Assembly (NCBI GenBank): GCA_039630345.1
Contig: JBCNVD010000039.1
Location: 1 to 64,000, forward strand
Origin: Aquificaceae bacterium
GTDB taxonomy: Bacteria; Aquificota; Aquificia; Aquificales; Aquificaceae
DNA length: 64,000 nucleotides
Reading direction: 5' to 3'
Below, one piece after another: positions 58,577 through 64,000 of the stretch. A program made the translations under genes and the position numbers. Position 1 is the first letter of the stretch; each line of letters starts with the position of its first letter. The notes under the pieces are model-generated. The model worked only from the letters and a program-made list of their open reading frames with translations. It did not search any database and had not been told where the DNA came from.

Positions 58577-59977
58577 ATGCAAACCCGTCAGGCTGGTATT
58601 TTACTCCACATTAGCTCCTTGCCGTCTGATTTTGGCATAGGAGATTTAGGACCTTCCGCATACGAGTTTGTAAAACTTTTGTCAGAGAGCAAGCACTCAA
58701 TATGGAATGTGCTTCCCATTAACCCAACTCTTTATAAACATGATAATTCTCCATACTATAGCACCTCTTTGTTTGCAGGCAACTATCTTCTTATAAGCCC
58801 GGAGCTTTTATTTCAGGATGGTCTCATAACTCATAACACCTTAAAAGAGCTTAGAGTGCAAAAAGGCCCGAATGTACCTTTTGAGGTTCTTTATTCTCTT
58901 AAAAAAAGACTCCTGGAAGAGGCTTTTAAAGCCTTCTCACCATCCAAGGAGTTTTATGACTTTGTTGAAAAAAACCACCACTGGTTAGAAACATACGCGC
59001 GCTTTAGCGCGCTTTTGGAGAAAAATCCCTCTTTTAATTTAGCTAAGCTTTGGCGAGAAAGCCCAGAGAGAGAGCGCTTTGAATTTTATCTATTTGAGCA
59101 GTTTATATTCCACAGGCAGTATATGGCTCTTAAGGATTTTGCAAATAATTTAGGGGTTTTAATCTTTGGAGACTTGCCTATTTACCCAGCACCCATAAGC
59201 GCTGATACCTTCCAAAGACCGGAGCTCTTTAAGCTCTCAAAGGACGGAGAGCCAGAATTTATAGCCGGGGTTCCCCCGGATTACTTTAGCAAGGAGGGTC
59301 AAATTTGGGGCAATCCGGTATATAACTGGCCTCTTCACAAGGAAGAGGGCTTTTCCTGGTGGATCTCTCGCCTCAAGAGGGCTCTTGAATACTTTGACAT
59401 TCTCAGAATAGACCACTTCAGGGGCTTTTCATCCTTTTATAGATTCCGCAAAGACCTCTCAGAAGGCGATTGGGAGCTATCTCCCGGCGAGGAACTCTTT
59501 AAAACCATCAGGGCTAAATTCCCAAAAGCAAGGCTCGTGGCAGAAGACCTGGGCCTTATAGACGATAGCGTAAACTCTCTCAGGGCTAAATTCGGTCTAC
59601 TTTCAACCAAAGTCCTGGCTTTTGGGCTCTTTGAGATAGATTCAACCCACCTTCCTCACAACCACTCCCGGGATTGCGCCATTTACACCACCAATCACGA
59701 CCTTCCCCCTTTAAAATCTTTTATAAAAACTCTAAACCCCGCTTCGCGGGATTTTTTTGTTAAATATTTTGGTTCTGTAGAAAACATGATTAAGTTTGCC
59801 TATGCATCCGTTGGTGAGATTTGTATAATCCCTATGCAGGACATTTTGATGCTTGAAGAAGATGCAAGATATAATACCCCTGCTACAACATCTGGCAACT
59901 GGCGCTGGAGACTTGAGTATTTACCTGACATCAAAGACCGTTTAAAAGAGCTTTCAGAGACATTTTCAAGATGCTAA
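58577..59977 (+). CDS. malQ: 4-alpha-glucanotransferase (amylomaltase)
   Basis: GILLHISSLP, GDLPIY, GVPPDYFS..GQ.WGNP, RIDHFRG, AEDLG; start ATG 58577. Confidence 0.94.
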   Translation: MQTRQAGILLHISSLPSDFGIGDLGPSAYEFVKLLSESKHSIWNVLPINPTLYKHDNSPYYSTSLFAGNYLLISPELLFQDGLITHNTLKELRVQKGPNVPFEVLYSLKKRLLEEAFKAFSPSKEFYDFVEKNHHWLETYARFSALLEKNPSFNLAKLWRESPERERFEFYLFEQFIFHRQYMALKDFANNLGVLIFGDLPIYPAPISADTFQRPELFKLSKDGEPEFIAGVPPDYFSKEGQIWGNPVYNWPLHKEEGFSWWISRLKRALEYFDILRIDHFRGFSSFYRFRKDLSEGDWELSPGEELFKTIRAKFPKARLVAEDLGLIDDSVNSLRAKFGLLSTKVLAFGLFEIDSTHLPHNHSRDCAIYTTNHDLPPLKSFIKTLNPASRDFFVKYFGSVENMIKFAYASVGEICIIPMQDILMLEEDARYNTPATTSGNWRWRLEYLPDIKDRLKELSETFSRC

Positions 59978-60804
59978 ATAACTCTTAAACTCATATCAAT
60001 AGCTTTTGCAGAATGAGTTATGTATCCTGAAGATATATAATCAACCCCTTTAATTGCATAATCAAGAACATTTTCTAGATTAATCCCACCTGACACTTCG
60101 TATATTGCCCCTTCTGGTTTAATCTCAACCGCTCTTTTTACATCCTCAGGTGAGAAATTATCAAGCGTATAAACATCCGCGCCTATTTTAAGAGCGAGCT
60201 CTAACTCCTCAAGGTTTTCTATCTCCACAATTATTTTTACAAAAGGTCCAGCCCTTTCCTTTGCTCTCTTTAGAGCTATTTCAACGCCCCCAACGGCTCT
60301 TTTGTGGTTATCTTTAATCATCACTGCATCAAATAGTCCAAATCTGTGATTGAGTCCGCCTCCGACTCTGACAGCGTATTTTTCAAATACTCTAAGTCCC
60401 GGCGTGGTTTTTCTGGTGTCAAGCAGCTTTACCCCGCTTCCTTCAAGGGCTTTTACCAGCTTTTTTGTTAAGGTTGCAATGCCAGAAAGTCTTTGAATAA
60501 GATTTAGAGCCACTCTCTCACCTGTTAGTATAGCCTTTGCATCGCCTTCTATTTCCAGAATTGTTTCATTTTCAAAAACTTCCTGACCGTCTTTTAGTTT
60601 TTTTATAACTTCTACTTCTCCTAAGAGTTTAAAAACTTCCATAGCAAAGTCTATTCCTGCCAGCAAAGCCTTCTGTTTTGTAATGATTACTGCTCTTATT
60701 CTCTCCCCTGATAAAACAGTATCACATGTAAGGTCGCCGAAATTGACATCCTCTAGTATAAAGTTTTCTAAACTCTTCTTTAAGTAAAGCTCAGAAATAG
60801 GCAT
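59974..60804 (-). CDS. nadC: Nicotinate-nucleotide pyrophosphorylase (carboxylating)
   Basis: ERVALN, SGIAT, DTRKTTPG, HRFGL, IKDNH, LDN, SGG. Confidence 0.97.
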   Translation of the reverse strand: MPISELYLKKSLENFILEDVNFGDLTCDTVLSGERIRAVIITKQKALLAGIDFAMEVFKLLGEVEVIKKLKDGQEVFENETILEIEGDAKAILTGERVALNLIQRLSGIATLTKKLVKALEGSGVKLLDTRKTTPGLRVFEKYAVRVGGGLNHRFGLFDAVMIKDNHKRAVGGVEIALKRAKERAGPFVKIIVEIENLEELELALKIGADVYTLDNFSPEDVKRAVEIKPEGAIYEVSGGINLENVLDYAIKGVDYISSGYITHSAKAIDMSLRVI

Positions 60805-60830
60805 CGTTTAAAAGATATAATATTTTACCT

Positions 60831-62285
60831 GTGAGGGTTATTTTTGTAGTTCCTGAGAGCTCTGCCTACATAAAAGCCGGAGGGCTGGGAGATGTTGCGC
60901 ATTCTCTTGCAAAGGCTATAAAGAGCCTAGGTCACAGTGTGACTGTGATTATGCCCCGCTATAAAAATATAAAGGCGGATTTAAAACCATCTTTTACTCA
61001 CGCTTTACCTTTTGATAATTCTATTAACTTTAGCGTTTTTGAAGCAAAAAAGGATGATATTAACTACTTTTTCGTATCCTGTCAGGATTTTTTTGAAAGA
61101 GACCATATTTATGCTTCTCCTAAAGGTCCATATCCTGATAATGCACTTCGCTTTGGTCTTTTTTCTCTTATTTCTCTTGAGATTATGAAAAAACTCTCGC
61201 TCGAGTGTGATATATTCCACATTCACGATTGGCCAACAGCCCTTGTGCCTCTATATAGAGACCTTTACTATCCTGAATTTTCTCATGTTGCATCTGTTCT
61301 TACAATCCATAACGCTATGCATCAAGGGATTTTTGAAGCTGAATATCTCCCAAGATTACACATCCCCTGGGATTTATTCAGACCCTTTGGTGGGGTAGAG
61401 TTTTATGGAAAGATAAACTTTTTAAAAGCTGGCATTACCTTTTGCGAAGTTTTAACAACTGTCAGTCCTTCCTATGCTAGAGAAATTTCCAATTACGCAA
61501 ATGGTCTTGAAGGTCTAATTCGCGAAAAGAAATACTTCTTTGGCATTTTAAATGGTATAGACACGGACATCTGGAATCCAGAATCTGACCGTATGATAGT
61601 TGCTAACTACAGCATTAAAAACTTCCAGAGAGGAAAGACCAAAAACAAACAACATCTCAAAGAAATCTTCGGTCTTAAAACCCCTATCCAAAAGCCTCTA
61701 ATAGGAATGGTTTCCAGACTCACCTCTCAAAAAGGTCTTGACATGGTTGAGAAAATCCTCGATGAGGCAATTCAAGAAGGCTTTGACTTTATATTCCTGG
61801 GCTCTGGCGAGGAGTTTTACCAGGAGATGCTCATGGGATTTTTAAAGTCTTATCCAGAGAGCGTAAGGGCAAGAATAGAATACAACGAAGAACTTGCTCA
61901 TAAAATCTACGCAGGCTCGGATATTTTTCTGATGCCTTCTATTTTTGAGCCATGCGGAATCTCTCAAATGATAGCGATGCGCTATGGCACTGTCCCTGTC
62001 GTGAGTCGTGTCGGTGGTCTTTTGGATACAGTAATTGACTATATCAGCTCCCCAGAAGAAGGCACTGGCTTTTCTTTTGATGTTAAAAACAGAGATAGCT
62101 TCATGATGGCTCTTTTAAGAGCCAGAGTATTTTACGATATGGAATGCTGCAGGTTCTCTAAAGACTGGCAAGAGATAGTAAAAAGATGTATGAAGCGGGA
62201 CTTTTCCTGGCAAAAGAGTGCCCAGGAATACGAAAGGATTTATTCAATTGCAATGACCTTGAGAAAATATGGTTCTTGGTCTTGA
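60831..62285 (+). CDS. glgA: Glycogen synthase
   Basis: KAGGLGDV, HDW, TIHN, TVSPSY, QKG, MPSIFEPCG. Confidence 0.96.
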   Translation: MRVIFVVPESSAYIKAGGLGDVAHSLAKAIKSLGHSVTVIMPRYKNIKADLKPSFTHALPFDNSINFSVFEAKKDDINYFFVSCQDFFERDHIYASPKGPYPDNALRFGLFSLISLEIMKKLSLECDIFHIHDWPTALVPLYRDLYYPEFSHVASVLTIHNAMHQGIFEAEYLPRLHIPWDLFRPFGGVEFYGKINFLKAGITFCEVLTTVSPSYAREISNYANGLEGLIREKKYFFGILNGIDTDIWNPESDRMIVANYSIKNFQRGKTKNKQHLKEIFGLKTPIQKPLIGMVSRLTSQKGLDMVEKILDEAIQEGFDFIFLGSGEEFYQEMLMGFLKSYPESVRARIEYNEELAHKIYAGSDIFLMPSIFEPCGISQMIAMRYGTVPVVSRVGGLLDTVIDYISSPEEGTGFSFDVKNRDSFMMALLRARVFYDMECCRFSKDWQEIVKRCMKRDFSWQKSAQEYERIYSIAMTLRKYGSWS

Positions 62286-62748
62286 AAAAGTTCTTGATAA
62301 AATAGCCTCAGTTAGACCAAATAAGAAAATAGTCTTCACAAATGGCTGTTTTGATATATTCCACGCCGGACATGCTGACTATTTAAATGTTGCCAAAACC
62401 TTTGGAGATATATTGATAGTAGGGATAAATTCAGATAATTCTGTTAAGAGACTAAAAGGAGAAAAAAGACCTGTGATTCCTTTAGAAATGAGAGCCTATG
62501 TTTTATCCTCTCACAGAGCAGTTGACTTTGTCATTCCCTTTGAAGAAGATACCCCAATTAAGCTAATAGAGGCAATAAGACCCGATGTCTTGGTAAAAGG
62601 CAAAGACTGGGAAGGTAAAGAGATCGTTGGTAAAGAGTTTGTCCTTTCCTATGGTGGCAAAGTTGAGCTAATTAGCTTTAGATTTAGTATCTCCACCAGC
62701 CTCATAATCTCTCGCATAAAAGAGCTCTATTCAAGTGTTGATAGCTGA
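62269..62748 (+). CDS. rfaE2: D-glycero-beta-D-manno-heptose 1-phosphate adenylyltransferase
   Basis: VFTNGCFDIFHAGH, NSDNSVKRLKG..RP, FEEDTP, PDVLVKG. Confidence 0.92.
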   Translation: MVLGLEKVLDKIASVRPNKKIVFTNGCFDIFHAGHADYLNVAKTFGDILIVGINSDNSVKRLKGEKRPVIPLEMRAYVLSSHRAVDFVIPFEEDTPIKLIEAIRPDVLVKGKDWEGKEIVGKEFVLSYGGKVELISFRFSISTSLIISRIKELYSSVDS

Positions 62749-63284
62749 GAGTAAATGTATTCTCTTATCTTGCTGACAATTTCTGGCTTTATTGGACCTA
62801 ATTTTCCTGATTTTATCAATTTGATCTCGTTTAGTATCTGGTTTGGCAGGTTTTTATCGCTGTATAGCCCAAGTATCTCTATAGCTTCTAGCTCGAATTT
62901 TAGTCTATCTATTGTTGGTTCTGATGGTTGTTTTTTAAGCTGCTTTAGTATAAACTCAAAAAGATTTTTATCAAAGTGATAAAACCATCTCTTTACAAAA
63001 TTAATAATGTAGCAAATCCATAAGTATCTTTCATAATCTCTCAGAGCAAGCAGCGATATCATCTCCACTCTGGAGATGTCTTTTAATACTGCCCAATCTC
63101 CTGATTGTTTTATCTCTATCCATATCAAATTCCCGGGTTCAAAAAGCCCTGCAGATAGATTTAGCTCAGAGGGAACCAGAATTCTTATCTGTCCCGCCTG
63201 ACCATAAACTCTTAAAAAAATATCAGATTCTGGAGTGTGTGCTCTTGAGAGTATTAAGTAAGCCTTTGCTATGATTTCTGTCAC
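62727..63284 (-). CDS. RecO-like protein (divergent)
   Basis: N-terminal pattern (ILSR...ESD...YGQAG...LFEPG) resembles the RecO OB fold, followed by a helical domain with FEL..LG. Confidence 0.5.
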   Translation of the reverse strand: MTEIIAKAYLILSRAHTPESDIFLRVYGQAGQIRILVPSELNLSAGLFEPGNLIWIEIKQSGDWAVLKDISRVEMISLLALRDYERYLWICYIINFVKRWFYHFDKNLFEFILKQLKKQPSEPTIDRLKFELEAIEILGLYSDKNLPNQILNEIKLIKSGKLGPIKPEIVSKIREYIYSQLSTLE

Positions 63285-63333
63285 TTAAATCAATCTCTCC
63301 TGCTTTTAAAATTTATGCGGGAGGTGTTTAACC

Positions 63334-64000
63334 TTGTGGAGAGTTGTAGACACAGGCATAAGACCGCAGCACGAAAATATTGCCCTTGACAGGATTATGT
63401 TAGAGCTTAAATCAAAAGGAGAAATCCCAAGCACGATAAGGTTTTTACAATTTGACCCGGAGTGTGTTCTGATAGGGTATCACCAATCTGTTGAGCAAGA
63501 AATCAGACTCGAGTATGTCCTGGCAGAAGGCATAGAGGTAGGAAGACGCATAACCGGTGGGGGTGCTATCTATTTTGACAAAACCCAGATTGGCTGGGAA
63601 GTAATATCCTCTCTTGAGGAGCTAAATGCCAAAAACTTTGAAGAGCTAACAGAAAAAATATGCACAGCAGTTGCAAAAGGTCTTCAAAAACTTGGCATCA
63701 ACGCCCAGTTTCGCCCCCGAAATGATATAGAGGTCGAGGGCAGAAAAATCTCAGGCACAGGCGGGGTTTTCGAGGGCAATGCTTTTCTTTTTCAGGGGAC
63801 TATCCTTGTGGATTTCAATGTAGAAAGGATGCTAAAGTCCCTTCAAATACCTGTTGAAAAACTCACTTCTAAAGGTATAAAATCTGCGGAAGACCGCGTT
63901 GAGTGGATAAAGCGTATAAAAGGATACATCCCAGAGCGCTCTAGCATAATAAAGGCAATACTTCAAGGTCTATCCGAGACTTTGAAAATAGAGCCAGTAT
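63334..64000 (+). CDS. Lipoate:protein ligase family protein, 3' truncated by window end (not in ORF track)
   Basis: GGAGGTG then TTG; MWRVVDTG..ENIALD..TIRF..VLIGYHQ..RRITGGGAIYFD..NDIEVEGRKISGTG..FQGTIL. Confidence 0.92.
   Translation, partial: MWRVVDTGIRPQHENIALDRIMLELKSKGEIPSTIRFLQFDPECVLIGYHQSVEQEIRLEYVLAEGIEVGRRITGGGAIYFDKTQIGWEVISSLEELNAKNFEELTEKICTAVAKGLQKLGINAQFRPRNDIEVEGRKISGTGGVFEGNAFLFQGTILVDFNVERMLKSLQIPVEKLTSKGIKSAEDRVEWIKRIKGYIPERSSIIKAILQGLSETLKIEPV

Noticed and set aside
265..62979. Many short ORFs antisense to, or in alternate frames of, well-supported genes (e.g. 1293-1787, 10441-10827, 36436-36807, 49668-50012)
   Set aside because: They lie largely or wholly within confident CDS, have no motifs and show shadow-ORF composition
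1..64000. CRISPR arrays, IS elements, prophage or defence islands; HK97-fold protein as a phage capsid
   Set aside because: No regularly spaced repeats, transposase, integrase, terminase or portal genes were seen, and the HK97-fold gene has encapsulin signatures in a housekeeping context

Overview
A gene-dense chromosomal segment from an Aquificaceae-like thermophilic chemolithoautotroph. The lineage is inferred from the split LeuRS alpha subunit, Aquifex-type aconitase/mdh/two-subunit fumarase, short cytochrome c1, CCA-less tRNA genes and functionally mixed operons. About 80 CDS cover housekeeping (dapF, trmFO, leuS-alpha, tyrS, rplS, rnhB, rsmH, panB, nadC, queD, mqnE), LPS/Kdo (lpxC, lpxB, kdsB, kdsC, lptAC, rfaE2), a rhamnan-type Wzm/Wzt polysaccharide cluster, rmlA/rmlC, the bc1 complex, TCA/rTCA and glycogen genes, and sulfur-relay genes (tusA, dsrEFH-like). 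There are two tRNA genes. I found no CRISPR array, integrase, transposase or prophage. The most notable signals are: (1) a family-1 encapsulin with no canonical cargo, translationally coupled to a large vWA/MIDAS protein and preceded by a GGR-like flavoprotein; (2) a tRNA-Pro(CGG) with perfect stems but non-canonical T-loop and U37; (3) a PriA-like protein lacking helicase ATPase motifs; (4) a recurrent -10-like hexamer 6-9 nt before SD-less start codons, suggesting leaderless mRNAs; (5) an LhgO-like oxidase embedded in an rml operon. All calls come from motif recognition by eye; no database searches were run.
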